DNA of 64,000 bases. Source: a virus. Its lineage: Duplodnaviria > Caudoviricetes. Of this stretch, positions 15,403 through 30,400 are shown in pieces (positions within the stretch are counted from its first letter, which is position 1; each line of letters begins with the position of its first letter). Under the pieces are notes generated by a model. It saw only the letters and a list, made by a program, of their open reading frames with translations. It was not told where the DNA came from and ran no database searches. Both the position numbers and the translations under genes were made by a program. The DNA lies in the IMG/VR virus record IMGVR_UViG_3300013121_000034, positions 65,024 to 129,023 of that record; one strand, written 5' to 3'.

Positions 15403-18400
15403 TTAAAAGACCTTCCTGATCGGAATTGAGAAATTCACAGTGCATCCATTCCAAGCCGTAACGGCCTGAATAAAGAGCGTTTGCGATGCGGATTTGCTGA
15501 ATATGCGCTTCACGATGTTGGCGTCCGTAATATGGATCAAATCGTTAGCTGCGACCGCTTGCGCCACAACGACTTGCGTGCCGCCGTTCGTCGTGCCGAT
15601 TTTGACGCCGCCTGTCACGGCGGCTGCCGTCGTGTTATCAACAAAGATGTTGCCATAAACGGCGAAACCAGCAGGCACCGACACAGTTGTGTTTGCGTTG
15701 GCGGCTGTCGCCGTGAGCAAATAACTGTCGCCAGAAAGTTCGTCCGTGACGCCACGCTCAAAACGCGGCGCAGCGAAAATGGCATACTGCGCATTATTGA
15801 GCGTCGTCGACCAAACAACTTGGCAACGATAGCGCGCCCATACGGCATCGCTTGGTGCCGTGATGCGCGTGTCGAGGCTGGCCGTAGTATCTGCGCCCGC
15901 CGCGACATTGCGGTAATCGGAACCGATAGTAAAAGTATCCGAAGCCGTTGAGGCGGAAGTCGATTTATCCTGTTTGAGCCAACTGATGATGATGCGGATA
16001 AGACCAGTAAATCCGCTCTTAACGAATGCACGTGCAGCAACGCGAAGCGGCTTGCCCGGCTCAATCCACACATACGAATCAGTTGCCGTTTGACTCGTTT
16101 CGCTATTGCCTTGCGATGTGGTGCCGTTGCCAGTGACGGTTTTTGCGCCGGACGGAACGTTAAGCGTCGTTGTGCAATCGGTCGACGTGTCGAGCGTCCA
16201 GCCGGAACCGAACGTCCAGTAAGTCGAATCCGTATAAAGCGGATCAGCGATGTAGTTGTTGAAATCTTTAATGACATGTTTGCTGGCCGTAATAGCGAGC
16301 GCGGCAATTTGTGTGGCCGTGATCGTGCCGTTTACAAGGTTCGATCCCGTAATGGTCGTCGCTGCGATTTTGCCGCCAGTAATTGTCGTGTTCGCGATTT
16401 CAGTGGCAGTGATCGTGCTGGCCGTAATATTGGCTGCTGTGATCGTCGTATTCGCGATCTTTCCACCCGTGATGGTGGAGTTTGCGATATTGCCTGCAAC
16501 GATGGTCGTTGCCGCAATTTCGGTTGTTGTAATCGTCGCCGCTTGGATTTGCGTCGCCGTAATCGTGTTATTGACCAGCTTACCGCCGGTAATGGTTGTG
16601 TTCGCTATCTGCGTTGCGGTGATCGTCGAACTTACTATGTTGCCTGCGGCAATTGTCGTTGCAGCAATGTCCGATCCGGTAATTGTGCCGTTCGTTATTT
16701 CAGCCGACGTGATCGTTCCAGCGACAATGTTCGCCGGAATCGTCATTGAAATAACCTCGGCATCGCTTACACGTTCAAGAGCGCACCGATTGAAAATAAT
16801 CGTCGCCGCGCCAGCCGTTGAACCGAACGTACTCCAATGCGCCATTGCATATAGCGTTACGCTACGAACGGTAGATGTTGTTACCTGAAAAGTTTTCGCA
16901 AATTGATAACGCCGACCGACGGTGCCTGCGCCGTGTACGGTGCCTGCAATATCAGCATCTGTAGCAAAGTTTATGGACCAAGACTCTTGAACCGTACCCA
17001 AACCAGTCAGACGCCATTGTGTCAAAATACCAGCGGCGGTCAAAGAACCGGCACCCAACGTAATATCGCCAACGATTCTGTACCAGCCCGGATACATAGG
17101 AGCCGCTCCGGCGGTATCGGTCAGGTGTTGCAATATGCCGACGTTGGCTGCGGCTGCGGCTGCTGCGATTTGAGCGGCGTACTTTGAAACGCATCCGGTT
17201 ACGCGCGTCGTATTAGCCGCGCCTGCTGACCAATCTGCCCATCCCGTCGGAATGCCGGATGCGACCAAATTGCCTTGAAAGTTTGCCTCTAGGTTATATG
17301 CGTTGTCGACGCCTTTATAATCGGCGCTTGTCAAAATCGATGTGCTGACCTCGGCGGACGTAATAGTGCCCGCTGCAATATTAGCAGCGGTGATCGTGTT
17401 ATTTGCAATCTTTCCGCCAGTGATGGTGCTATTTGCAATTTCCGTTGCAGTAATCGTAGCAGCGGCAATTTGCGTGGCAGTGACGGTGTTATTCACCATC
17501 TTTGCACCAGTGATCGTCGTATTGGCGATCTGCGTTGCAGTGATGGTGCTTGAAACGATGTTGCCTGCGGCAATTGTAGTTGCTGCTATATTTGATCCCG
17601 TGATAGTGCTGGCGGCGATTTGTGTCGTTGTGATCGTGCCAGAAACGATATTACCTGCTGCGATTGTAGTTGCTGCGATATTCGATCCGGCTATCGTTGC
17701 CGCAGCAATTTGTGTCGTCGTTATGGTCGCGTTCACCAGCTTGCCGCCAGTGATCGTTGTGTTGGCAATGTTGCCCGCCACGATTGTCAAAGAAGCGATT
17801 TCGGTTGTCGTTATGGTAGCGGCGTTGATCTGCGTCGCGGTGACGGTGTTATTCACCATCTTTGCGCCGGTTATGGTGGTATTTGCTATCTGCGTCGCAG
17901 TGATCGTAGACGAGACGATGTTGCCTGCTGCGACGGTCGTATTAGCGATCTTTGCGCCGGTCACGTTGGCGTTCAAGATTTTGATGGTCGTTATAGCGTC
18001 AGAGGCGATTTCTGTCGCAGTGATAGTACCGCCAACGATATTGGATGCCGTAATCGTCGAACCCGAAATTTTTGCGCCGGTAATGGTCGAGTTGATGATG
18101 TTACTAGCCGCAATAGTCGTACCAGCAATGTTTGATCCCGTGATCGTAGCCGACGCTATCGACCCTCCGGTTAGGGTACCGGGGAAAATTCTGTCGTCGT
18201 AAATGGATGCTGGCGCTATTTTTGGACCAACGATAGAGTCGCTACGGATCAACGCCTCATCGAGCATGGGCCTAAAAGAAGGCTTAGTGTAAATGATATA
18301 CTGCGCGTTATTTTGCGTGCTGGACCAGTCGATACGCAAACTGAAACGTCCGTAAACCGCAGTGGACGGTGCTTGGATGATTACGAGAAAAGCGTTCGCC

Positions 18401-21400
18401 GTGCTGGCTCCAGCATAGGCTGTTGTTCGATAGTCGTTGAAACTTGGATCGAATATAGTCGTGGTACTTACTTGCGTGGATTTATCGGCTTTGTACCATA
18501 TAACTTGAGCACCTGCCCGGCCAGTGAAACCGGATTTCAAAAAGTATTCAACGGCAACGCGGAAATAAGCACCGCCGTCTACAGGGAACCAGTTGCTAGA
18601 GGCCCCGATACTTGACGTATTTGCGGCTTGCGACGTTGTGCCGTTACCGACCGGCGTTTTCAAGCCGCGTACTGCGCCCATGCCTGCGGGTGGATCAACC
18701 GTGACCTCGGTACTTGTATCGGTCGCCCATCCTGAACCCAAACTCCAGTAATCAGGAACGTCTGAAAATTCAGGATCGAGAATGTAGTTGTTTCCACCTA
18801 TCGCAACAATTCGCGATGCTGTAATAGCACCAACGGCAAGTTCTGTCGCGGTAATTGATCCTGCTGCAATGTTCGCAGCCGTGATAGTGCCCGCTGCAAT
18901 TTGCGTGGCGGTAATCGTACCGGCTGCAATTTGGCTTGCAGTAATCGTGTTGGCAGCGATCTTTGCCGCTGTAATCGTAGTGGCGGCAATTTCGGTTGCG
19001 GTGATTGTCGATGCCGCAATTTGCGATGCAGTGATCGTGTTCGCCACGATCTTTGCGGCAGTGATCGTCGTTGCAGCGATCTGCGTAGCCGTTATGGTAG
19101 AGGCGGCAATGTTGCCAGCAACAATAGTCGTCGCAGCGATCTGAGTCGTCGTTATCGTTCCTGCGACGATATTTCCCGCCGCGATTGTCGTCGCAGCAAT
19201 TTGCGTTCCGGTTATGGTGCCTGATACGATGTTGCCCGCAACAATGGTTGTTGCGGCAATTTGTGTCGTCGTTATTGTACCGGCAACAATGTTATTGGCA
19301 GCCACGGTTGTGGCTGCGATCTTTGTGCCGGTGATAGTTCCGTTAACAATCAATTCGGCGCTCGTTGCGCGATTTATACGCGGTTGACCCATCAACGCAT
19401 ATTGTGCGTTGTTGAGAGTTGTAGACCAAGCAACTTGCGTATAGTAACGCGCAAAATAGGCGTCACTCGGCGCAACGAATATAGCATCTATGTATTGAAC
19501 GCCATCGCCGCCAGATTTAGCTACTGTACGATAATCCGTACCGTACTGCCAACTGAAAGCAGTTGAGGCTGCCGTAGTACCGTCAGATTTATACCAGTTT
19601 ATAATTACACCGACGATTCCAGTGAAGCCGTTCTTTATAAGGATTTTGGAAGCGGCTCGGTATGATTTACCTGCTTCAACCGGAGAGTATTGACCGACTG
19701 CAATAACGGTCAAATTCGAAGTTGCCTGCGAGGTCGTACCGTTGCCGACAGGCGTTTTTACCGTCCGTACCAGTCCAAGCGTTGTCGTGGTTTCTGCTGT
19801 TGTGTCGTAGGTGCCTGATGTCAAAGTCCAGTATGTAGAATCTGCGAAATCAACGTCAGCCAAAAGATTGGAACTATCGCTGAGAATAATTCGAGACGCG
19901 GAAATCGTATTGACTGCAATTTCGGTCGCTGTGATAGTGCCTGCTGCAATTTGAGAAGCTGTAATTGTATTAGCTGCAATTTGAGCCGCCGTTATTGTAT
20001 TCGCTGCAATCTTTGCGGCGGTTATGGTGGTAGCAGCAATTTGCGTAGCAGTTATGGTAGACGCTGCAATGTTTCCTGCAACGATGGTTGTTGCGGCAAT
20101 TTGTGTCGTCGTTATGGTGCCTGCAACAATGTTTGCGGCGGCAATTGTCGTTGCCGCGATTTGCGTTCCGGTGATTGTTCCGCTTACGATATTGCCAGCG
20201 GTTATGGTGGTCGCTGCAATTTGAGTAGCAGTAATCGTCGCACTTTGAATCTGAGTGGCCGTTATCGTTGCATTGACGATGTTCGCGCCGGTTATGGTCG
20301 TATTCGCAATAAGACCGCCTGTTATTGTCGCGTTTGAAATTTGCGTTCCGGTGATCGTACCATTGACGATGTTCGATGCCGTAATCGTAGTGCCAGCGAT
20401 CTTTCCTCCGGTGATCGTGCTGTTAGCAATTTCCGTTGCAGTAATCGTGCCGCCGGTGATATTTGATGCAGTGATCGTGGCGTTTGCGATTTTGCCGCCC
20501 GTCACCGCGCCGTCTTCAAATGTGATCGTGTCGAGCAAACGGCGAACGCGGACGTCATCGAAATACACATCGGCTGTTGAGGCCGTCCAGTTGGCAACTG
20601 AAAAAGTAACATACTGAACGCCAGCCGGAACCGTGTAACTACCGCTGTAATACGTCCACGATGAAGGAATCGCACTATTAACAGTTACAAGGTCCGTAAA
20701 TGACGTGCGCAAATCAACGCCAGTCAGAGAATTTGATGTTTCGCCGACAAAGTTTGTTGACGGTTTAGACGTCAACTCGTGCATGCGGATATAAAGACCG
20801 TTCGTCGATGCGGCAGAGCCTTTAATCCAAATGCTCCACGCTAGAATCCATCCAGCTTTTACACCGAATGCTCGTGCTCCGTAAAACGTACCATGCGTCG
20901 AGTTGTCGGTGATCTTAAATGACGCAGCACCATTATTCTGCTGCGTTGTGTCACGCGTCAAAACGAGAGACGTTGTCGTCGCGCGTTGAACCGCACGCCA
21001 TCCGGCAATATTCGCTTCGGCATCTGGATTGCGTATTAAGTTTGCGCCGTAATCGGCAATCGTCAATTGATCGACGGTGATGCTATCAGCCGCTATTTCG
21101 CTTGCCGTTATGGTGCCTGCTGCTATATTCGATGCGGTAATGGTGCCAGCGGCGATGCTAGCGCCGGTGATTGTGCCGCCAAGAATATTGGAGTCGGTTA
21201 TGGTGCCGCCCGCAATGTTCGCACCCGTAATAGTCGCGTTCGCGATCTTTCCGCCCGTGATCGTGCTATTCGCAATTTCGCTGGCAGTTATCGTGCTACC
21301 TTGAATGTTGGAAGCGGTGATCGTGGTGCCAGCAATTTTGCCGCCGGTGATGGTCGAGTTCGCGATGTTCGATCCAGTAATCGTGGACGCAGCAATTTCC

Positions 21401-24400
21401 GCAGTCGTTATAGTCGCGCCCAAAATGTTGGACGCCGTAATCGTCGTGCCAGCGATCTTTCCGCCCGTGATCGTCGAGTTTGTTATTTGCGTTGCGGTTA
21501 TTGTGCTATTGGCGATCTGTGAGGCGGTAATAGTTGTGTTCGCGATGTTGCTGGCCGTAATCGTGGTGCCAGCGATATTGCCGCCGGTGATGGTGCTATT
21601 CGCGATCTGCGTTGTCGTTATGGTCGCGTTCGTTATATTGGAGGCTGTGATCGTAGTACCTGCGATCTTTCCGCCCGTAATCGTCGAATTGACGATATGC
21701 GAATTTGTGATCGTAGTGTTTGCCAACTCAGTGCCGGTGATCGTGCCTCCAACAATGTTGGAAGCAGTGATCGTAGTATTCGCGATCTTTCCTCCGGTGA
21801 TCGTCGAGTTTGCTATCTGCGTTGCAGTGATCGTTGAATTGACGATGTTACCCGCCGCGATTGTGGTATTCGCGATCTTTGAGCCGGTAATTGTTGACGC
21901 TGTTATGTTGGCGTCCAAAATGGTTGCCGATGCGATTTCAGCGTTGGTAATTGTGCCGCCGACAATGTTTGATGCTGTAATCGTCGTGTTCGCGATCTTA
22001 CCGCCGGTTATGGTGCTGTTGGCGATGTTTGACGCGGTGATCGTCGTACCGGCAATATTACTGCCCGTGATCGTGCTGTTAGCAATTTGAGTTGTTGTGA
22101 TGGTCGCCGAAACGATATTCGACGCAGCGATTGTTGTGCCCGCAATCTTTGCGCCGGTGATGGTCGACGCCAAAATTTTGGCGTTTGTAATAGCGTCATC
22201 ATCAATCGTAATCGTGTCTAGGACGCGACGTACGCGCACGTCGTCGAAATAAAGATCAGCGGTTGATGCTGTCCAGTTTGCGACAGAGAACGTTACGTAT
22301 TTGATTCCTGCCGGGACAGTGTATGTGCCGCTATAATAGGTCCACGATGACGGAATCGCGCTATTTCCAGTGATAAGATCGGTTGTCGATGTATATGCGT
22401 TATCCACGTCAGTTAGCGCACTCTGACCCAAATACCGCGCAGTTGGTTTAGCATTCTTTTCGATCATGCGGATATATAGGCCGTTCGCCGAAGCTGAACT
22501 GCCGTCAATCCAGATACTCCACGCCAATTTTTCGCCAGCTTTCACCGCAAAGGCACGTGCGCCATAGAAAGAACCGTTTGCTCCGTTGTCAGTTATTTTG
22601 AAGCTAGCCGCGCCGCTATTTTGGTTTGTGGTATCTCGTGACAGTACAAGAGCCGAACCCGAACGATGCGTTTCAGTCCAATCGGCTAGATCAACCTCTG
22701 CATCGGGGTTGCGTATTAAGTTCGAGCTGAAATTCACAAACGTCAGTTTGTCGACGGTTATACTATCGACGGCAATTTCGTTTGCCGTGATCGAGCCAGC
22801 CGAAATATTCGCAGCCGTTATGGTGCCCGCAGCTATTTCAGTTGCGGTGATTGTACCTGCTGCGATATTCGACGCGGTGATCGTGTTGGCTGCAATCTTT
22901 GCTCCGGTAATGGTCGAAGCAGCAATTTGTGTCGCTGTGATCGTGGACGACGCAATGTTGCCTGCAACGATTGTCGTTGCAGCAATTTGCGTTGTCGTTA
23001 TCGTTCCAGATACGATGTTGCCCGCAGCAATCGTCGTTGCGGCGATCTTTGCACCAGTAATTGTGGACGCTGCAATTTCAGTCGCGGTTATAGTTGCTGC
23101 CGCAATCTCGGTAGCAGTTATTGTGTTAGCTTGAATTTGCGTCGCAGTGATTGTTGCGTTGACGATATTCGCGCCAGTAATCGTAGTATTGGCGATCTTT
23201 CCGCCGGTGATGGTGGAGTTTGTTATCTGTGTGGCGGTTATAGTGCTATTCGCAATTTGCGAAGCCGTTATGGTTGTATTCGCAATGTTCGATGCTGTGA
23301 TGGTCGTACCGGCTATATTGCCGCCAGTGATCGTTGAGTTCGCAATTTGCGTTGTTGTAATTGTTGCGTTGACAATATTCGACGCGGTGATCGTCGTACC
23401 GGCGATCTTTCCGCCAGTGATTGTGCTGTTGGCAATTTCCGTCGCAGTAATTGTGCCGCCCGTGATGTTCGACGCGGTAATCGTCGCGCTGGCAATTTTA
23501 CCGCCAGTGACAGCGCCGTCTTCAAAGGTGATCGTATCCAACTGACGGCGAACGCGAACGTCATCGAAATAAAGATCAGCCGTCGAGGCGGTCCAAATGC
23601 CGACACCGAAGGTGATATATTTAACGCTTGCGGGCACTGTATAGGTGCCGCTGTAATATGTCCACGAAGACGGGACGGCACCGTTTGCCGTTGTCAAATC
23701 CGTTGTAGACGTTGCGTTATCGACATTCGGTAGAGAGTTCAGCGTTGAACCAACAAACTTTGTCGTCGGTGCGCTCGTCAATTCGTACATGCGAATGTAA
23801 AGGCCGTTCGTCGACGCAGACGAACCTTTGACCCAAACGCTCCATGACAAAATCCAGCCCGCTTTAACAGCGATAGCACGCGCACCATAAACCGTACCGT
23901 GCGTCGAGTTGTCTGCGATCTTAAACGATGCTTCACCACTGTTTTGCTGCGTTGTGTCGCGTGTCAAAACAAGCGATGTGGTCGTCGCACGTGCAACCGC
24001 ACGCCAACGTGCCAAATTATCCTCTGCATCGGGATTGGATATGAGATTGGAACCAAAGTTCACAATATTGAGTTGGTCGACCGTAATCGAGTCGGCGGCG
24101 ATTTCGCTTGCCGTTATGGTGCCTGCTGCGATATTTGCCGCCGTAATGGTGCCTGCTGCGATGCTAGCACCTGTTATCGTACCGCCCAAAATGTTTGAAT
24201 CAGTAATCGTACTGCCTGCAATATTCGATCCAGTGATCGTTGCGCTGGCGATCTTTCCGCCCGTGATGGTGCTATTCAAGATTTCCGTCGCGGTGATTGT
24301 ACCCGCAACGATATTCGATGCTGTAATCGTGGTCCCAGCGATCTTTCCGCCGGTGATGGTGGAGTTTGTTATTTGAGTCGCCGTGATTGTGCTATTGGCA

Positions 24401-27400
24401 ATCTGCGATGCCGTTATGGTCGTATTCGCAATGTTCGACGCTGTAATCGTGGTCCCAGCGATATTTCCGCCGGTGATCGTTGAGTTCGCAATTTGTGTCG
24501 TTGTTATTGTCGCATTCTGAATATTAGATGCAGTAATTGTCGTGCCTGCGATCTTTCCTCCAGTGATGGTGGAATTTGCAATCTCGGTTGCTGTGATCGT
24601 GCCACTCGTTATGTTTGCTGCTGTTATAGTGACGTTGGCAATTTTGCCGCCGGTGATAGCGCCATCTTCAAACGTAAGCGTATCCAATTGGCGACGAACA
24701 CGAACGTCATCAAAATACAAATCTGCTGTCGAGGCTGTCCAATTGCCGACCGAGAACGTGATATAAAGAACGCCAGCCGGAACGGTGTAGTTGCCGCTAT
24801 AATACGTCCAAGACGAAGGGATAGCACTGCTAGCAGTTACGAGGTCCGTTGTCGACGTTGCGTTATCAACATTCGTCAATGAATTTCCAGTTGAGCCGAC
24901 AAAGCGCGTAGTAGGCGCGCTTGTCAATTCATGCATACGAATATAGAGGCCAGCAGCAGAAGCACTTGAGCCTTTAATCCACACGCTCCATGCGAGTACC
25001 CATCCCGGCTTCACTGCGATAGCACGTGCGCCGTACATCGTTCCGTGCGTTGAATTGTCGGCGATCTTAAATGAGGCTGCGCCATTGTTTTGCTGTGACG
25101 TATCACGCGACAAAACAAGAGAGGTAGTTGTCGCACGCTGCACTGCGCGCCAACCCGCTATATTCGTTTCAGCGTCAGAGTTCGCAATGAGATTGGAACC
25201 AAAATTGACAAAGTTTAGTTGATCGACCGTAATAGAATCGGCTGCAATTTCGCTAGCCGTAATCGTACCAGCCGAAATATTTGATGCGGTGATCGTTCCG
25301 GCTGCTATGCTAGCGCCCGTGATCGTACCGCCCAAAATATTCGAGTCGGTGATTGTGCCGCCAGCGATATTCGATCCAGTGATCGTTGCACTGGCGATCT
25401 TTCCGCCCGTGATCGTTGAATTGATGATATTTGAAGCTGCTATTGTTGCAGACGCAATTTCTGTACCTGTAATGGTTCCAGCGACGATATTAGAAGCGGT
25501 GATTGTCGTACCAGCGATCTTTCCGCCCGTAATCGTCGAGTTTGAAATTTGTGTAGCGGTTATGGTGCTGTTGGCAATCTGCGACGCAGTAATCGTAGTG
25601 TTTGCAATGTTTGACGCGGTGATCGTCGTACCGGCGATGTTGCTGCCCGTTATGGTGCTGCTAGCGATTTGCGTTGTCGTTATTGTTGCGTTGACAATAT
25701 TCGAAGCGGTGATCGTAGTGCCTGCGATCTTTGCGCCAGTGATCGTGCTGTTGGCGATCTGCGTTGCAGTAATGGTGCTATTCGTTATGTTGGACGCTGT
25801 AATGGTCGCAGAGGCGATTTTGCCTCCCGTCACTGCACCGTCTTCGAACGTGATCGTGTCGAGCAAACGGCGAACGCGAACGTCATCGAAATAAAGATCA
25901 GCGGTAGAAGCCGTCCAGTTGCCGACTGAGAACGTCACGTACTGCACGCCAGCAGGAACGGTGTAACTACCGCTGTAATACGTCCATGAATTTGAAATCG
26001 CACTATCAGCCGTAACAAGGTCCGTCGTTGACGTTGCAGCATCGATATTCGTCAAAGAATTGAGTGTGGAACCCACAAAATTCGTAGCAGGTTTCGACGT
26101 CAATTCGTGCATGCGGATATAGAGGCCGTTCGTGGAAGCCGCCGAACCTTTTATCCAAACGCTCCAAGCGAGAATCCATCCAGCTTTTACGCTAAATGCT
26201 CGCGCACCGTACATGGTGCCGTGCGTTGAGTTGTCCGCAATCTTAAACGATGCGGTGCCTGTATTTTGCTGCGTTGTGTCGCGCGACAAAACGAGAGAGG
26301 TCGTCGTTGCACGCGCGACGGCTCTCCATCCGGCGATATTCGCTTCCGCGTCCGGGTTACGAATCAAGTTCGACCCATAATCGGCTAGCGTCAATTGATC
26401 GACGGTGATAGAGTCGGCTGCAATTTCGCTCGCTGTGATCGTGCCCGCCGCGATATTAGACGCCGTGATCGTATTTGCTGCAATGCTTGCGCCTGTAATC
26501 GTGCCGCCCAAAATGTTCGAATCAGTTATGGTGCCGCCTGCAATATTTGCGCCGGTTATTGTTGCGTTGGCGATCTTTCCGCCGGTGATCGTGCTATTAG
26601 CGATTTGCGTAGCAGTGATGGTGCTCGAAACGATATTCGAGGCGCTAATCGTGGTGCCAGCAATGTTGCCGCCGGTAATCGTGCTGTTAGCGATTTGTGT
26701 CGTTGTGATCGTCGCGTTGACTATATTGGACGCCGTGATCGTGGTGCCCGCGATCTTTCCGCCCGTGATCGTTGAGTTCGCAATTTCAGTCGCCGTAATG
26801 GTGCCGCCGAAAATATTCGAGGCTGTAATGGTGGTGCCCGCAATTTTGCTGCCTGTTATGGTACTGTTAGCAATTTCGCTAGCAGTGATCGTTGCAGCGG
26901 CGATGTTTGAAGCAGTGATTGTCGTACCGGCAATCTTTCCGCCTGTGATCGTGCTGTTGGCAATTTCACTAGCAGTGATCGTTGCTGCAACGATATTCGA
27001 AGCGGTGATCGTCGTATTTGCGATCTTTCCTCCGGTGATCGTCGAGTTCAAAATCTGCGTTGCGGTAATTGTGCTATTGGCGATGTTCGATGCGGTGATC
27101 GTTGTGCCAGCAATTTTCAAACCCGTAACGCTACCGTCCTCAAAAACGATAGTGTCTAGCTGGCGACGCACTCGAACGTCGTCGAAATAAAGATCAGCAG
27201 TTGACGCGGTCCAATTACCGACAGAGAAGGTGACGTAAATGACGCCAGCGGGCACGGTGTACGTGCCGCTGTAATACGTCCACGTATTTGGAATAGCACT
27301 ATCCGCTGTTACCAAATCTGTCGTTGAGGTAGCGGCATCAATTCCAGTCAACGAATTAAGGGTCGAACCGACAAACTTTGTCGACGGCGCACTCGTTATT

Positions 27401-30400
27401 TCGTGCATGCGGATATAGAGGCCGTTCGTCGACGACGCACTGCCTTTAATCCACACACTCCATGACAAAATCCAGCCCGGCTTCACGGCTATGGCGCGTG
27501 CGCCATACATCGTGCCGTGGGTTGAATTATCAGCGATCTTAAACGACGCAATACCGCTGAGTTGCTGCGTTGTATCGCGAGACAAAACGAGCGATGTTGT
27601 CGTTGCACGCGCAACGGCTTTCCAACGCGCAAGATTTTCTTCGGCGTCAGGGTTCGAGATTAAGTTCGAACCGAAATTCGCAATGGTTAGCTGATCGACC
27701 GTGATGCTATCGGCGGCGATTTCGGTTGCAGTGATCGTGCCCGCTGCGATGTTCGAGGCCGTAATGGTTCCTGCTGCTATACTAGCGCCGGTTATTGTGC
27801 CGCCGACGATATTGGAATCTGTAATCGTTGCACCAGCGATATTGGCTCCGGTGATTGTAGCGTTCGCGATCTTTCCACCTGTAATCGTCGAGTTCGCAAT
27901 TTGAGTTGCGGTTATTGTGCTCGAAACGATGTTCGAGGCGCTGATCGTGGTGCCTGCAATGTTACCACCAGTGATCGTCGAGTTCGCAATTTGAGTTGTC
28001 GTTATGGTTGAATTGGCAATATTCGAGGCGGTGATCGTGGTGCCAGCGATCTTTCCACCTGTTATAGTGCTGTTGGCGATTTCGCTAGCGGTTATCGTTG
28101 CTGCAACGATATTCGAAGCGGTGATCGTAGTGCCTGCGATGTTACCGCCGGTGATTGTTGAGGCTGCAATTTGAGTCGTCGTTATTGTTGCGTTCGTGAT
28201 ATTCGACGCGGTGATAGTCGTACCAGCGATCTTTCCACCCGTGATCGTGCTATTCGAAATCTGTGTCGCAGTAATCGTGCTGTTGGCAATTTCAGTCGCA
28301 GTAATCGTTGCAGCGGTGATATTTGATGCAGTGATTGTGGTGCCCGCGATCTTTCCGCCCGTTATGGTGCTGTTAGCGATCTGCGTAGCTGTTATGGTGC
28401 TGTTGGTGATATTGGATGCCGTTATTGTGGCGGAAGCAATTTTACCGCCAGTGACAGCGCCGTCTTCAAAGGTGATCGTATCCAATTGACGGCGAACGCG
28501 CACGTCGTCGAAATAAAGATCAGCCGTCGAGGCAGTCCAATTACCTATGCCAAACGAAATGTATTTGACACTCGCCGGAACGGTGTACGTACCGCTGTAA
28601 TACGTCCACGAGTTCGAAATTGCACTGTCACCAGTAATAAGCTCGGTGACGGAGGTATTGTTGTCCACGCCCGTCAACGAATTGAGCGTCGAGCCTACGA
28701 ATTTTGTTGTCGGCGCGCTCGTCAATTCATACATGCGGATATAGAGGCCAGCAGCAGAAGCACTTGAGCCTTTAATCCACACGCTCCACGACAAAATCCA
28801 ACCCGGTTTCACTGCAATGGCTCTAGCGCCAAGCACTGAACCGTGTGTAGAATTGTCTGCGATCTTAAATGAGGCTTCGCCACTGTTTTGCTGCGTCGTA
28901 TCACGTGTGAATACGAGCGAGGTCGTTGTGGCGCGCGCAATAATTCGCCAACGTGCAACGTCGATTTCAGCGTCGGGATTGGCTATGAGATTGGAACCAA
29001 AGTTCACAATATTGAGTTGGTCGACAGTGATAGAATCGGCTGCGATTTCGCTGGCCGTTATCGTACCCGCAGCGATATTGGACGCAGTGATAGTGTTAGC
29101 CGCTATCTTCGCGCCAGTAATCGTAGCGTCGACAATCTTTGCGTTTGTTATGGTAGCATCGGAAATTTGAGTCGCTGTAATCGTACCGTTTACGATGTTG
29201 CTGGCCGTAATCGTAGTACCTGCAATCTTTCCGCCAGTAATCGTCGAGTTCGCAATTTGCGTAGCTGTTATGGTGCTGTTTGCGATCTGCGTTGCGGTGA
29301 TCGTGCTGTTTACGATGTTGCTGGCAGCGATGGTGGTATTTGCAATCTTTGCTCCGGTGATCGTTGCGTTGACGAGTTTGGCGTTGGTGATAACACCGTC
29401 TTCAATCGTCACTGCATCGATTTGGCGGCGAACGCGCACGTCATCAAAGTAAAGATCAACTGTCGACGCCGTCCAGTTGCCAATGGCAAAGGTTGCGTAT
29501 TTAACGCCAGCAGGAACGGTATAGGTGCCTTCATAATACGTCCATGTATTTGGAATAGCACTATCGGCTGTAATAAGTTCGGTGGTCGACGTGGAAGCAT
29601 CGACACTTGTTAGAGAGTTCGACGTGCTACCGACAAAACGCGTCGACGGTGCGCTCGTCAACTCGTACATGCGGATATACAAACCGGCTGCGGATGCACC
29701 GCTTCCGTTAATCCATACGCTCCATGCTAAAATTTGACCGGCTTTAACTGCGAAGGCGCGAGAACCGGCAAAAGAACCGTGGGTAGAATTGTCTGCCAGC
29801 TTAAACGACGCGGTGCCGCCGTTCACTGTAGTTGTGTCTCGTGTAAAGGCAAGGCTTGTTGTCGTCGCGCGTGCGACAATACGCCAACCAGCAAGGTTTT
29901 CCTCGGCATCGGGATTGAGGATAAGGTTAGAGCCAAAGTTCGCGACTACAAGCTTGTCGACAGTAATGCTGTCGGCTGCGATTTCCGTAGCGGTAATTGT
30001 ACCAGCAGCTATTTGTGCAGATGTAATAGTGTTCGCGGCGATTTCCGTCGCGGTGATGGTGCCAGCGGTGATATTGGCCGCAGTGATAGTGTTGGCTGCG
30101 ATCTTTCCGCCTGTGATCGTTGAATTTACGATGTTCGAATTGGCAATGGTAGCCGATGCGATTTCGGTGCCGGTAATCGTACCGCCTTGAATATTACTAG
30201 CGGTGATTGTTGTGTTTGCAATCTTTCCACCCGTTATGGTGGAGTTCGCAATTTGAGTTGCTGTAATGGTGCTATTTGCAATTTGGGTAGCGGTAATCGT
30301 CGAGTTCGCGATTTGCGTTGCGGTGATTGTGGCGGACGCAATCTTTCCGCCAGTTACCGAGCCATCTTCGAAAGTAAGCGTATCGATTTGACGACGCACG